Source: Candidatus Cloacimonadota bacterium (lineage in GTDB: Bacteria; Cloacimonadota; Cloacimonadia; JGIOTU-2). From it: a stretch of DNA of 64,000 nt. Shown here in pieces: positions 52,607-63,930 of the stretch. Below the pieces are notes generated by a model. That model was not told where the DNA came from, made no database searches, and was given only the letters and a program-made list of their open reading frames with translations. How positions within the stretch are numbered: position 1 is the first letter of the stretch; every line of letters starts with the position of its first letter. The translations under genes were made by a program, and so were the position numbers. Location: positions 30,914-94,913 of the forward strand of contig JBNGBT010000011.1 of the NCBI GenBank assembly GCA_049903315.1, given 5' to 3'.

Positions 52607-54388
52607 CTAAAATGCCTGACCGAGACTGAAATAAATCTTTCCTGACGGCTCAACTTGCTTCGGGAACCAGTTAAATCCATAATCGCATCGCACCACACCA
52701 AGCGGAGTTGCAATACGCAGTCCAATACCCGGGCAGCTTCTCATTGGTTGTTTCATCACATTCTTTTGAAATCTCCATACATTACCGAAATCAAAGAATA
52801 TCACGCCGCCAATAAATTTGTAGAGAGTCTGCCTTACTTCGAGATTTGCCACAACTTTATATCTCCCACCAATAGGATTTCCCTTATCATCGAGTGGTCC
52901 GACCTTTCTATAGCTAAAACCTCTTAGTGAATGAGGTCCACCCGTATAAAATCGTTCATTAAGGGGAATGCTTGTTGAGTTCCCAAAAAGCGTAAGTCCC
53001 CCTGCTTCGAGAGAAACAGCTAGTATTGTAGACGTTGAAGCCGGCAAATAATATTTTCCTCTCAGCACTAAACGACCGAAAATATCTGAAGTCGTTTGAA
53101 AAGATTCTGCAATTTCACTATCTCCGGATAGAACAAAACCACGCGTCGTATTGAATATATTATCCCGCTCATCGTGTATCGCAGAAAGGGTGAGTGAATT
53201 CAAATTAGACTTATATTTGTCAGGCAACTCCTGCACTTTCACATTACTGAAACGAACCTTTTCATACCTGTAGGCAAGAGATGCGCTGGAATGCTCAGTA
53301 AATGATTTACCCACGATCATTTTCACACCGTATTGCAAAACATCATAACCGGGTTCTTTATTAAATGTATCGAAAAGATTCACGTCTGTTTTTAATCTGA
53401 TGCCGAACGTCCACGGTTCTGTATAGGATGCTTCGATCTTGCGGGTAATAGCACTTAATTTTCCACTTAAGCTCGCTTTTTGAGCTGTTCCCCAAAGATT
53501 ACTGTTCAACACTTCGGCAAAAACACGAAGTTTATCCAATGATCCGTATCCTGCCCCCAGATTGAATTCTCCGGGAATTTTCTCTTTGATGTCTACCTGG
53601 ATATCCTTTTGAGAGCTCAAAGAATCAATGCTCACAGGTCGAATGAATACACTTTCAAAAAGACCGGTAAGATACAACGCTCTTTGAGAAGTAAGGAGTT
53701 TCGAGTAATTTACGATCTCGCCGGATTTGAATGTCAGTTCCCGCCACACGATCTTCTTCTTTGTGATCTCTAATCCGGTTATGTTAATATCACGTATTGA
53801 ATACTGTTCGTTTTCAGAAACGCGGAAATCGATCAGAGCTCGATGATGTTCTTGATTGATGAGTATGTCGGGCACAACTTCTGCATCAAGATAACCGTTA
53901 TTTGCATACATTGTAAGGAGCTTATATGTTGCATCCTGCACCTTTTTCTGCTGCAACAGATGCCCATTTTTCAAAGCAGTTGCCTTAAGAAGGGTTGAGT
54001 CCGAAAATACAGTATTTCCAAATATTTGGATGCCTTCAATATAAGTGGGCTCTCCTTCAGAAATTGTAATGATTATTGAAACCTGCTTCTTCTCGTCATT
54101 CCTTTCTATTGAATAATCCGCAACCTTTGCCTGAAGGTAGCCATTCTGCTGATAGAAAAGCGCAAGATTCTTCAGGTCCTCACTGAAAATTTCAGGATAA
54201 TACCGTGCAGGACTCAAAAACCTGGAAACCCTTGTCACCATTACTTTCTGCAAAGTTCCTGATCTATACACCTCATTCCCCTGAAAGGTTATAGATTTGA
54301 TTTTGTAGGCACTTTTCTCTGCGTGAAGTCCTGCCGCACTTACCAGAAATAAGAGTATGATTATAATCAGGATTCTTCGCTTTTTCAT
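52607..54388 (-). CDS. Omp85 family protein with about 3 POTRA domains (TamA-like)
   Basis: POTRA Y..NGYL repeats, FYTGG..LRGF, C-terminal GQAF; adjacent to TamB. Confidence 0.85.
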   Translation of the reverse strand: MKKRRILIIIILLFLVSAAGLHAEKSAYKIKSITFQGNEVYRSGTLQKVMVTRVSRFLSPARYYPEIFSEDLKNLALFYQQNGYLQAKVADYSIERNDEKKQVSIIITISEGEPTYIEGIQIFGNTVFSDSTLLKATALKNGHLLQQKKVQDATYKLLTMYANNGYLDAEVVPDILINQEHHRALIDFRVSENEQYSIRDINITGLEITKKKIVWRELTFKSGEIVNYSKLLTSQRALYLTGLFESVFIRPVSIDSLSSQKDIQVDIKEKIPGEFNLGAGYGSLDKLRVFAEVLNSNLWGTAQKASLSGKLSAITRKIEASYTEPWTFGIRLKTDVNLFDTFNKEPGYDVLQYGVKMIVGKSFTEHSSASLAYRYEKVRFSNVKVQELPDKYKSNLNSLTLSAIHDERDNIFNTTRGFVLSGDSEIAESFQTTSDIFGRLVLRGKYYLPASTSTILAVSLEAGGLTLFGNSTSIPLNERFYTGGPHSLRGFSYRKVGPLDDKGNPIGGRYKVVANLEVRQTLYKFIGGVIFFDFGNVWRFQKNVMKQPMRSCPGIGLRIATPLGVVRCDYGFNWFPKQVEPSGKIYFSLGQAF

Positions 54389-57300
54389 TTGAAATTCACC
54401 CTGTAGATAATATCGAGACCTGCGTTACCATCCTGGTCTGCCTGTCCCTGCAGGTAAAATCGGTCGGTCAGCTTATAATCAAGCTGGATACTTTGTTCAT
54501 TCAGATAACCGATGCGTGTGGAATAAGTTACTTTCATGCGTTTTGAAAGCTGTTTGGAAGCAACCAGCTGCGGTCCCCATGAATCGCCAAATTTGAAGAG
54601 ATTGCCTTCGATCGTCACATCATCAAGATCAAGAATGTTTGATATTCTACTTGCGACAAATCCCGATATCTTCTGGCTCGAATACTGCTCTGCTCTTTCA
54701 AGAAGGATATCTTTCAGGGATGTATTATATTTATCTGGTGACTGAGAAAATATTTGCTCTCTTGTTGTGCCGAAAGTGAGCAGGGAGAGTATATTTGCTT
54801 CATCGAGAGAAGGCACGGACTGGAGCGATATTTTTGCTTTGTCTGCTGGACCGGTTATTATAAAAATTATATGATACGGATCAGCATCCGGTTCCTGATA
54901 ATTTTTTATATCAGCTTCAGCTTGTATATCCAGAATAGGATTTATCATGTGGGGATCTGTAAAATCAAGAAGCCCACGTGTGATCTCAAATTTTCTATCA
55001 AGATATATAATATAGCCCTCGGTAATTTCCAGACGTCCCGTAAGGTTTGGTTGAGCAAGTGTGCCGATCACACTGAGATCGGCTTTCAATCGAATACGCG
55101 CGAGATTGTTATCTACCCAGATATCTTTGCTTTCAGTTATACGAATGCGGAGCTTTGTCTGCATCATAAGCGGAGATGGTTTTCGGAATATTTTTGGTTT
55201 GGTAATTGAAGCGAGTACTTTTGAGATTTGAACATCCTCGAGATATTTTGTTTTTCCCAGAACTACATTTCCATCGATATAATAAATACTGTTCCTCTGT
55301 GTGTAGTCAAGCACACAGCTTTTTACCACAAATTGGAATTTCTTTGGCTGTTTGAACGATATATTTTCGGCATCGAAATGTAAGGCGATATCACTGACTG
55401 CGCCATTGCCGTATGCAACGTATCCAGAGCTCTTTATCGAACCCTCGCCAAACATGCATTGAAAGGAGGTAAGCTCCATCCGCTCATCAGTTGCAGTAAT
55501 ATCAAGCGTACATTTCGAAAGGGGTACTGGAACATCAGCAGGTTGAATTTCAATATTCACTGCTTTGAGCCACCCGACGAATCTCGGAGAGCTTGTTGAT
55601 CCGCGTATATTCATCGATGCATTTACGTACCCCTGTGCGTTCAGGATAGCCGGAGTAAATGTTTCGGTAAAAGCAATATCAAAATCATCAACAGAAAGGG
55701 ATAAGTCGATATCCTCTTTCTGAAATGTGCCGCTTATATTAATTGCCTGCAGCCCATTGACAGAGAGTGCGATATCCGGCGAAAAGGATGTCCATTCATT
55801 CTGAGAAATACTCCCTGAAAGAGAGAATGTTTTGCCTTCATAACGACCGGCAAATTTATTAATATTCAATGAATTATTAGAGAACAAGATAACCGCATTT
55901 AGCTCTTCGACAGGTGATTGATGTTTGTCCAGCTGGATGAAACCATCCTTGATCCTCAAAGAACCATTCACGACCGAGTTTGAGATAGTTCCGTTTATAT
56001 TTATTGTGGAAGTGAGCGTTCCCTTCGCTTGAACGGCATCGAGCAATTCCTGGGTGAGGTCAGAGAGGTTGATTTCTGAAAGCGCCACCTCTCCATCGAT
56101 CGAGCTGCGAGGACTTATTGCAATTTTATTATCGACGCGATCAAGGCCCAGCTTCCCCCTGAGACGGATCTCATTATTAAATATATGAATCACACCGCTA
56201 CTCAAAATGACCTCGTTTGGAGTGAGATTTCCCTGAAGAGAAATTTTATCTATAAAAATGTCTCTATATGCAGGTTTATCGATCATTAAAAGTATCGAAC
56301 CATTCGGCTTTTCCATCGTTCCGGCAAATGACATCTCGCCTGAAACACTCCCCTGAATTCCGGCAAGAGAATCAGACACTGCCCCAAGCATTTCAAGGGA
56401 AAGTTCTTTCAGACTTGCCTTGAGCGTGATTTCCTCAGCAAGTGAAACTGTGCCCTCCACAGATCCAAGATGATCTTTTTCACCCTTTTCATTCTTTTTG
56501 AAATCTACAGATAATACCCCGGAACGTTCCGTTAATGAGAAGTCCCCCTGTGCTTCACATTTGATCTTTTCAGTCTCAATGTGCAGTGTATTCACAGTAA
56601 TATCTGAATTCTTTGCAGTGCACTCAAAAACCAAAGACGGCACAGAATAGGTTTGATAGATCACATGATCTGCATGCACTGAAATGCTTCCTGAAAAATC
56701 CTCCAAAGTACCGGAAAGCGTTCCTTTATACTGAACCCCTCCTTGTATTTCTTCATTCATAAAAGTCTTTGCGAATGTAGCGAGAGAATCAATCTTCCCT
56801 TCAAAAGAGCTCTTTTCGACTACCAAGGAACTGTCTGCATAATGAATTTCGACATCAAGTGAATCGACTGGGAAATTCATGTAGGAAAGCCCTATCCCCT
56901 TGACTTTTGCCTTTATATCAGGATTCGATAATTTTCCTGCAAATTCTGCGTCTGACTGCAGTTTTCCCTTTGCATCCAACAGGTTGAAAAGCCCTGCGAG
57001 ATATTCTATATTATTGATGTCGATTTTGGCTGAACCCGTGACTTCTGAATCCTGTATCGTAAAATTGCTTTTTATAGATGAAGTGCCTTGAAGTATTTGA
57101 AGCGCTGCCAATCCCTCTTCGTACGAGAACGTGCAGTCGAGTGGATTTATGCTCTTTGTTTTGTATATGATCGAACCGAGCTGAACATTCCCGGATATGC
57201 GCGAAGAGAGAAGATCACTTACCAAACCGGATGAGTTGATCGTACCCTTCACAGATCCAGTATATGGTGATGTATTATCATATAAAAAATCCCATAAACT

Positions 57301-58398
57301 GGTGAAATTGATGTCAGAAATATTCAGTTCAGCATTATAGGATTGAGTACTGTCCATCATCATCCATCCCTGCGCAGATATAGAACCATTAAACAATTCA
57401 GTTGAAAAGTTATTTAATCTGAGTGTGTCGCTGCGCATGGTGACTTCTAACATCGTATTATTCAGTAAAATCTCTTCTGCCTGAATTGTGGGAATAGTGA
57501 GCTTTGCAATTATATTGGGTTTTGCTGGAGTTCCCTCTAAACTTATTTCTGCAACCACACTTTGTATATGAGGTTGTAGGTTCACAGGTAGTTGCTTTCC
57601 GAATATGTTCAGATAAAGTGTAGGATCGCCTTCAATGATGAGATGTGCCTGAAATGTTGTATCAGATTCAGTAAAATGAGCTGCTGCTTCGCCCGAGAAG
57701 TTTATACCTTGTGATGAAAATGAAACTTCAGTTATTTTGAGAATTTCTTCTTCATACGAACCCTCCACCAGGAATTTCTCTATTTCATATATTTGCTCAT
57801 CCTGGACTATCTCACCAGCAATGAACTGCATAAGAAAAGTATAGTTGGTTATTGCTTCATCATTGTGAATTGTCAATTCGAATCCCTGCAGTTTTGTTTC
57901 TAACGGCATTGATTGGTCATCATAGGAAATCGAAGAATCAGTTATCTTTATATTACCAATTGCAATCTGCATGGGATTTTTGGAGGGCTCTTTTCCAGAT
58001 GCGAGTTCCGGTAAAAGAAAATTTCCTTCCTTATCCCTGATCAGATTGGCATCAAGACCCTGTACAAGTATTTCTGAAATCGACAATTTATTTGATAACA
58101 AAGCAAAAATATTATAGTGAACTTCTATGGAAGCAATAGTAAGAGAGGACATCTCAGAAGGCGGTGTTTCACTAATTCTTATATTACGGATTTCCAGGTG
58201 AGAAAGAACATTCGTGCGTAATTCCTCCACCGAAACAGTCATTTGTAATGTCTTTGAGAGATTCTTTTCAATGAGGTCTCTTATATATCCCTCTCCAATT
58301 GATGAACCAGCAATCAAAAACAGCAGCACAATCAAGACAACAAGGCTTGCAAATGTAATGAGGAATATCCGCAGTATCTTTTTGAAAATTCTTCTCAT
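54385..58398 (-). CDS. tamB: TamB/AsmA-like translocation and assembly protein
   Basis: N-terminal anchor, long beta-taco repeats, DUF490-like C-terminus. Confidence 0.82.
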   Translation of the reverse strand: MRRIFKKILRIFLITFASLVVLIVLLFLIAGSSIGEGYIRDLIEKNLSKTLQMTVSVEELRTNVLSHLEIRNIRISETPPSEMSSLTIASIEVHYNIFALLSNKLSISEILVQGLDANLIRDKEGNFLLPELASGKEPSKNPMQIAIGNIKITDSSISYDDQSMPLETKLQGFELTIHNDEAITNYTFLMQFIAGEIVQDEQIYEIEKFLVEGSYEEEILKITEVSFSSQGINFSGEAAAHFTESDTTFQAHLIIEGDPTLYLNIFGKQLPVNLQPHIQSVVAEISLEGTPAKPNIIAKLTIPTIQAEEILLNNTMLEVTMRSDTLRLNNFSTELFNGSISAQGWMMMDSTQSYNAELNISDINFTSLWDFLYDNTSPYTGSVKGTINSSGLVSDLLSSRISGNVQLGSIIYKTKSINPLDCTFSYEEGLAALQILQGTSSIKSNFTIQDSEVTGSAKIDINNIEYLAGLFNLLDAKGKLQSDAEFAGKLSNPDIKAKVKGIGLSYMNFPVDSLDVEIHYADSSLVVEKSSFEGKIDSLATFAKTFMNEEIQGGVQYKGTLSGTLEDFSGSISVHADHVIYQTYSVPSLVFECTAKNSDITVNTLHIETEKIKCEAQGDFSLTERSGVLSVDFKKNEKGEKDHLGSVEGTVSLAEEITLKASLKELSLEMLGAVSDSLAGIQGSVSGEMSFAGTMEKPNGSILLMIDKPAYRDIFIDKISLQGNLTPNEVILSSGVIHIFNNEIRLRGKLGLDRVDNKIAISPRSSIDGEVALSEINLSDLTQELLDAVQAKGTLTSTININGTISNSVVNGSLRIKDGFIQLDKHQSPVEELNAVILFSNNSLNINKFAGRYEGKTFSLSGSISQNEWTSFSPDIALSVNGLQAINISGTFQKEDIDLSLSVDDFDIAFTETFTPAILNAQGYVNASMNIRGSTSSPRFVGWLKAVNIEIQPADVPVPLSKCTLDITATDERMELTSFQCMFGEGSIKSSGYVAYGNGAVSDIALHFDAENISFKQPKKFQFVVKSCVLDYTQRNSIYYIDGNVVLGKTKYLEDVQISKVLASITKPKIFRKPSPLMMQTKLRIRITESKDIWVDNNLARIRLKADLSVIGTLAQPNLTGRLEITEGYIIYLDRKFEITRGLLDFTDPHMINPILDIQAEADIKNYQEPDADPYHIIFIITGPADKAKISLQSVPSLDEANILSLLTFGTTREQIFSQSPDKYNTSLKDILLERAEQYSSQKISGFVASRISNILDLDDVTIEGNLFKFGDSWGPQLVASKQLSKRMKVTYSTRIGYLNEQSIQLDYKLTDRFYLQGQADQDGNAGLDIIYRVNFK

Positions 58399-58414
58399 GA
58401 AACAGGGAAAAGTG

Positions 58415-59254
58415 TTAATCTTCCATTTCAGGTTTAATTAGAGGAAGCGAATCATTATCCTGCCGCTGATCACCAAACCAGACAACTCTCTGTGGGAAGG
58501 CAACCTCTATACCTTGCTGCTCAAGGGTTTTCTTAATTCTCCAGAGCGTACTCGTCTTGAGTGCCCACCATTCACTTACCGGTGCCCAGATCTTCACATT
58601 AATATTCACTGCATTATCACCAAGTTTGTTTACCCATACAAGCGGTTCGGGATTTTTTAGTGCAAAAGGTTCATTGTTTATCAAATCCTTTATAATAACT
58701 ATTGCTTTATCCGCATCGTCGTTATAGCGAATCCCCACATCATACTCAAATCTTCGAACAACATTGGATACATAGTTAGAAATATTAGCTGTGAAAACCT
58801 TCTCATTAGGAATTCGTACCTGATAGCCGTCAAATGTACGGATAGTTGTGGAAATGATCCTGATGTCTTCTACAATACCGGTTGCATCATTTATATTCAC
58901 AGTATCCCCGATACGGACGGGACGTTCGATCATCAAAAAAACTCCGGAAACCAAATTCCCGACAATGCTCTGGCTTGCAAAACCAATAATAATAGTTATA
59001 AAACCGCCAGCGACTAAAAGTCCTGACAGTTTCAAACCTATAACCGCAAGCGCCCAGACCAATCCGATCAATATAATCAAATATGAAATGACTTTGACCA
59101 CAACTTCCAAGCTGTCTTTCGATGTTTTATTCTTCAATGCACGGCGGACATAGAGCGATAATATTTTAGAAATTATTATAGAAATTATAAAAATTGCAAG
59201 AGCTATAATCAATCGCAAAAGTGTTACTTTTCCCCAAACAATCGTATCGAGCAT
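58415..59254 (-). CDS. mscS: Small-conductance mechanosensitive channel
   Basis: GFASQ..GNLVSG..ERP.RIGD, IPNE, FPQR. Confidence 0.9.
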   Translation of the reverse strand: MLDTIVWGKVTLLRLIIALAIFIISIIISKILSLYVRRALKNKTSKDSLEVVVKVISYLIILIGLVWALAVIGLKLSGLLVAGGFITIIIGFASQSIVGNLVSGVFLMIERPVRIGDTVNINDATGIVEDIRIISTTIRTFDGYQVRIPNEKVFTANISNYVSNVVRRFEYDVGIRYNDDADKAIVIIKDLINNEPFALKNPEPLVWVNKLGDNAVNINVKIWAPVSEWWALKTSTLWRIKKTLEQQGIEVAFPQRVVWFGDQRQDNDSLPLIKPEMED

Positions 59255-59964
59255 TATAGACCTTCCATCATAACAAATTTTGTTGTGAGCATAGTTATTT
59301 TTCTGCTTTTATAAAGTTCCATTGCTTTCCTGAAACCCTTTTCCGAGTGTGGAGTATAGCAGTCTGTTTCAGCAGTAATTTCATTTAATATCTTCATAGA
59401 AGCAAACAACTGAACTACTTTCTCGTTAAAATACAATTTCATGCCAAACGCATTAAGCACTAATTTTGAAATAGTATTCCATTGTGAATCAGAATTTTTA
59501 ATGGTGAGGTGCACTACGCCCTGACGCAGAGGATCGACTTCAGGAATCTCCGCATAGATCGAAGTTTTGTAATATCGTGTTACTGTCCCTATACGGGGAT
59601 CACCATACAAGCTATATTTTGCGGGAATCAAACTTATATCATCAAATGGCTCAAAATCCTGCTTTGTAAAAATAAAAATACCAATTTCGATAGGAAATGT
59701 GACATAGAAACTCTGTTCCTCATGGGGTGCTATTGAGATCTTTTTATCAAACTCCAGAAGTAGATAATTTGTGATATGTTTTGGGTGATTTAAGGGTTCT
59801 ACAGGATTGATTATTAAACGAGGTTTTTTAGATAAAATAACTTTTTCTTTCGCAGGCTGATCTGCAAGCTGTCGGGAATAAAGAAACCCATAATCAGCTT
59901 TACTGATTTCAATCGAAAGATCCTTCTCTTTTATAGAAAAAGGAACATCATATGTACCATACAT
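59254..59964 (-). CDS. DUF432-like protein
   Basis: INPVEP..P, FPIEIG, KYSLYG.P..G; ATG 59964 with GGAG; coupled to mscS. Confidence 0.75.
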   Translation of the reverse strand: MYGTYDVPFSIKEKDLSIEISKADYGFLYSRQLADQPAKEKVILSKKPRLIINPVEPLNHPKHITNYLLLEFDKKISIAPHEEQSFYVTFPIEIGIFIFTKQDFEPFDDISLIPAKYSLYGDPRIGTVTRYYKTSIYAEIPEVDPLRQGVVHLTIKNSDSQWNTISKLVLNAFGMKLYFNEKVVQLFASMKILNEITAETDCYTPHSEKGFRKAMELYKSRKITMLTTKFVMMEGL

Positions 59965-60062
59965 TTGGTCTCCAATTGATCTTATATTCAACTTAAGAGA
60001 TTTTTAATATATCTCTGTGCAATGTCAATATTTCCGTCACAAGCACATAGTAAAAGCAGTAA

Positions 60063-61277
60063 TCACGGCTCTGGCACTTTGGTTGGAACGAGTGATTCTA
60101 AATAAGCGAGTTTCCCATTAAGAACTTTTATCAATGTCACTCCTTTTTGTGGAATTCGTTGCCCGTTTACATAGCTCAGCATCCCGGTCACTCCTGCAAA
60201 ATCTTTTGTTTCCGAAAGAGTCCTCAAAAGTTCCTCGGGTTTCGTGCTTGATGCTCTCTGATAGATATCTGCGATAAGCATAACCGCATCGTATCCAAGC
60301 GCTGCAAAAGAACTGGTTGGCAGAGTGCCATATCTTTCTTTATATGCTGTGATATATTTTATGATTGGTTCTTGAGCAACCTCTCGGTCTTGTGTTGGCG
60401 GAGTAGTGAAATATATATTATCCGTATATTCTTCAACCAGAAAATGCGTTGCATAATAGACTTCATCCGTGTTTGCACCTGCAGTTTCGAGGAGCAAGGG
60501 AGTATCATAACTATCTCCACCGAAGATCGGTTGGTTTATGCCTGCCGCACGAAATTGATCTATTATATTCCCCACATCATCTGGACCTGCAGATATGAAA
60601 AGCATGTCCGGTTGTTGATCGAGTTCTAGTGTCTCAGAAATAAATTTTGAATAGTCTTTTGCTCCACCTTTGAAAAATGATTCTTTTAGGATTTTTCCGC
60701 CCAATTCTGTATATCGATCTATAAAGTAGCGGGATAGCAATTTTGTATAATCCATATCCTCATCAGTCAAAACATAACATGACTTCAAACCAAGACGCTC
60801 ATAGGCATATTCTGCAAGTACTGCTGCCTGCACATTATCCCCAAAGCAAGAAAGGAAAAGGTACGCAGGAACTTGCTCCGGTAATTTGGGAGATGTCGCG
60901 CCGGAAGTGATAAATATCACATCATTTTGTGCTGCGATCGGTGCAGATGCAAGCACCATATCTGTGTCACTGAAGCCAATAATGACAGGCACTTTATCAT
61001 CAAAAATGAGTTTGTTTGTAGCTTCTTTTATAACTGTAGGATCGGATTTTCCATCATAGAGAATAAGCGTCAGCTTTTTATCGTTTATTCCACCTTGTGC
61101 ATTTACTAACTCGACAGCAAGTTCGGCTCCGTTTGCAGAGGGCACATCAAGCGAAGATTGCGAACCTTCAAGATTGTAAATTACTCCAATTTTGTACTCA
61201 TGCTGCCCTCTCTCGCAAGCTAAAATAAGGAGTGAAATGATTATAATGAAGGATAAACATATTTTTTTCATGACCAT
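60063..61277 (-). CDS. Branched-chain amino acid-type ABC substrate-binding lipoprotein
   Basis: LAC lipobox, NAQGGIN, D.KSDP, GYDA, GVTG. Confidence 0.9.
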   Translation of the reverse strand: MVMKKICLSFIIIISLLILACERGQHEYKIGVIYNLEGSQSSLDVPSANGAELAVELVNAQGGINDKKLTLILYDGKSDPTVIKEATNKLIFDDKVPVIIGFSDTDMVLASAPIAAQNDVIFITSGATSPKLPEQVPAYLFLSCFGDNVQAAVLAEYAYERLGLKSCYVLTDEDMDYTKLLSRYFIDRYTELGGKILKESFFKGGAKDYSKFISETLELDQQPDMLFISAGPDDVGNIIDQFRAAGINQPIFGGDSYDTPLLLETAGANTDEVYYATHFLVEEYTDNIYFTTPPTQDREVAQEPIIKYITAYKERYGTLPTSSFAALGYDAVMLIADIYQRASSTKPEELLRTLSETKDFAGVTGMLSYVNGQRIPQKGVTLIKVLNGKLAYLESLVPTKVPEP

Positions 61278-61323
61278 CTCCCAATGATTAATGAAATGAA
61301 AGTGTGAATAATATATTTTACTG

Positions 61324-62865
61324 TCAATTAAACTGACAAGGAGAATGTGTTTGCTTCTGAATAATATCCTTTTTTTCGAGCAGCCACCTTCTCATTCTTT
61401 TTATTTCCCTTATTTTCCCGGCTTTATAATTTTTTTGCGCCCAATTCTTATAGACGAATCTTCGTAAAAAATTTATTGTTGTTCGCGGAAGCTCATCAAG
61501 CAACAGCGTGAGAAAAAACCATGGATACTCTGCTCGCACTAAGTTTTGCTTCAATGAGTTTAGATTATTATATGCGCTATACATCTTACTTTTAAGAAGA
61601 TTTAATTCACAAGAGGTGAGCTCTCGGGTTCGTATATTTGCGTGGGAAAGATCGTAGAAAGAGAAATCATCCGGATTTGTGAGTAAACCTTCCTGTATGA
61701 TCTTTTCACGGATACCAGTTTTAAGAAATGGTGTAAGCAGCATGAACAAAGGCACATCGATATGATTTTGTTGAGCAAAATGGAAATGATCCCAGAGACT
61801 CTCCTCATCGTCTCCGGGACTGCCAAGGATAAATCCTCCCACTACAATAATGTTGTTCTTATGCAGAAGCCCAATCGCATAGGAAGTTTCTTCGAGTACT
61901 CGTTTGTCTTTTGAGAGAAATCTGACATTATCCTTCTTTATGCTTTCGATACCTAGAAAGACTAGTTTGAAACCTGCTTGTGCCATAAGTTTCACAAGAT
62001 TCGGATCACGGGCAATTCCTGCGACACTTGCCTGTATCGTGTAGTGAATATCTTGCAATCCATGTTTCAGAATTTCTTCACATAATTCTGCAAGATGTGC
62101 CGGATTCACAAAGATATTATCATCGATGAAGAAGACGGCTTTTGCGCCCGATGCAGAAGCATTTTTTATATCTTCTATCACTCTATAAACAGGATATTTA
62201 CGAAAAGTTCTTCCATACATCTGGGGCATACAGCAAAAATCGCATTGCATTGTACAGCCCCGCGATGCTTCGACTACATCACCCCGTCTCCCAAAAATCG
62301 AATAGTGCTTAGTGATTCTTGAAGAACGATCAGGAAGGAGTATTTTTTCGAGATCGAGGATCGGCTGGCGTGGATTATGAATGAAGTTACCCTCCACTTT
62401 GTAGGAAAGATTGGGAATTGCCGAGATGTCATCCTTGCCGTCAAGTGCCATTATCAACCTACTGAATGCTTCTTCTCCCTCACCGCGAATGAGATAATCG
62501 ATATATTGCTTCTCTTTCGATTTAGATATCAGGTCGTTTGCCAATGTTGGATGGTAACCACCAAAGATAGTGATGATATTAGAATTTATATTTTTTATTA
62601 TTTTAGCAATCTCAATTGCTGTTTCATATTGAAAACTCATACAGGTCAAGCCGACGATCTGAGGTTGGAATTTTTTTAGTAACGTAATAATGTATTTTCT
62701 CAAATTGTGTTGTACCATGAGCAGGTCTGCGATCACAACTTTCTCGATATACTCCGAATCCAGGTTCCCGGAAAGTGAAGACAATCCCAGTGAAGGGACG
62801 CGCATCCCTTTATAAAATCCCACTGTATAGTTGGGCATAGAGAGAAGCAAAATTCTCTTTTTCAT
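61324..62865 (-). CDS. B12-binding radical SAM protein
   Basis: GGYHPT, RGEGE, SRGCTMQCDFC, FIDDN, GIES; start uncertain (62865-62898). Confidence 0.9.
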   Translation of the reverse strand: MKKRILLLSMPNYTVGFYKGMRVPSLGLSSLSGNLDSEYIEKVVIADLLMVQHNLRKYIITLLKKFQPQIVGLTCMSFQYETAIEIAKIIKNINSNIITIFGGYHPTLANDLISKSKEKQYIDYLIRGEGEEAFSRLIMALDGKDDISAIPNLSYKVEGNFIHNPRQPILDLEKILLPDRSSRITKHYSIFGRRGDVVEASRGCTMQCDFCCMPQMYGRTFRKYPVYRVIEDIKNASASGAKAVFFIDDNIFVNPAHLAELCEEILKHGLQDIHYTIQASVAGIARDPNLVKLMAQAGFKLVFLGIESIKKDNVRFLSKDKRVLEETSYAIGLLHKNNIIVVGGFILGSPGDDEESLWDHFHFAQQNHIDVPLFMLLTPFLKTGIREKIIQEGLLTNPDDFSFYDLSHANIRTRELTSCELNLLKSKMYSAYNNLNSLKQNLVRAEYPWFFLTLLLDELPRTTINFLRRFVYKNWAQKNYKAGKIREIKRMRRWLLEKKDIIQKQTHSPCQFN

Positions 62866-62942
62866 ATGATTACTCATTGGAGATTTTTTACTTTTCAATT
62901 TTTTTTGACAATTTTTTTATAATTATCTTTTTCTATTGTAAT

Positions 62943-63404
62943 ATGGATTCCAAACCGAAATTCGCTGTCGATTCAATGCTTGGTAAGCTGGCAAAATGGC
63001 TTCGTTTGCTTGGTTATGACACCTTTTATACGAATAAGATAAAACCGGTCACATTACTCAGTGTTGCCCAAAGCGAAAACCGAATTATTATTTCGAAACG
63101 CCGTTATTTCTTAAAGCACCCCTTTTCTGTTCCTATTCTATTCCTAAAAACAGACAAACTCGAAGAGCAGCTTCTTAAGATTGCAGAAAAATATCCCTTT
63201 CAAAAAAATAAGGCATTCTCCAGATGTCTGCTTTGTAACAATGTAACTACTCCCGCTGAAAAGGTATCTATAAAAAAACTCGTGCCGAAATATGTTTATT
63301 CTTCACAGGAATATTTCTTTCAATGTATTCATTGTGGAAAAATATATTGGCGGGGAACACATCTTGAGAGAGCGATAGATTTCCTAGGAAAAATGGGATT
63401 ATAG
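62943..63404 (+). CDS. Mut7-C RNase-domain protein
   Basis: DSMLGKLAKWLRLLGYDT, RCLLCN..CIHCGKIYW.GTH. Confidence 0.9.
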   Translation: MDSKPKFAVDSMLGKLAKWLRLLGYDTFYTNKIKPVTLLSVAQSENRIIISKRRYFLKHPFSVPILFLKTDKLEEQLLKIAEKYPFQKNKAFSRCLLCNNVTTPAEKVSIKKLVPKYVYSSQEYFFQCIHCGKIYWRGTHLERAIDFLGKMGL

Positions 63405-63630
63405 AATGTAATAAATCAATAACATAAACTTTAGTGACTTGAAAATTTAGTGATGGGTGAGTGTGAAGAGATACAAGAAGAGATAAATATATAATGCCCC
63501 CCAAAATTCGGACAGTAGTATAAGGTGTAAAAAAATGGCAGTACAATATTCTTCTCAGTAAATTTTACTTTTGAATATTTTGGATTTTCAAGAAAATTTT
63601 CAGAGAAGGATAATGAAAGGAGCATAAAGC

Positions 63631-63930
63631 ATGCGTAAGAGATATTCGTCCGAATTTAAAGCGAGAGTAGCTTTAGAAGCAGTTAAGGGGGAGATGACTT
63701 TGTCAGAACTATCTCAGAAGTTTGAACTACATCCCAACATGATATCAAATTGGAAATCTCGATTTCTTAAAGAAGTTCCCCAAATATTTACAGATAAGCG
63801 CAGAAAAGTGAATAAAAACAAAGAAGTACATGTTGATGATCTCTATAGGCAGATCGGGGTACTCCAGGTGGAGAAGGAGTTTTTGCGAAAAAAGTATATA
63901 CAAATATTCGGGAAAGAACCGGACTTGTAG
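63631..63930 (+). CDS. IS3 transposase OrfA (HTH)
   Basis: RKRYSSEFKARVAL..LSQKFELHPNMISNWK..LYRQIG.L. Confidence 0.92.
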   Translation: MRKRYSSEFKARVALEAVKGEMTLSELSQKFELHPNMISNWKSRFLKEVPQIFTDKRRKVNKNKEVHVDDLYRQIGVLQVEKEFLRKKYIQIFGKEPDL

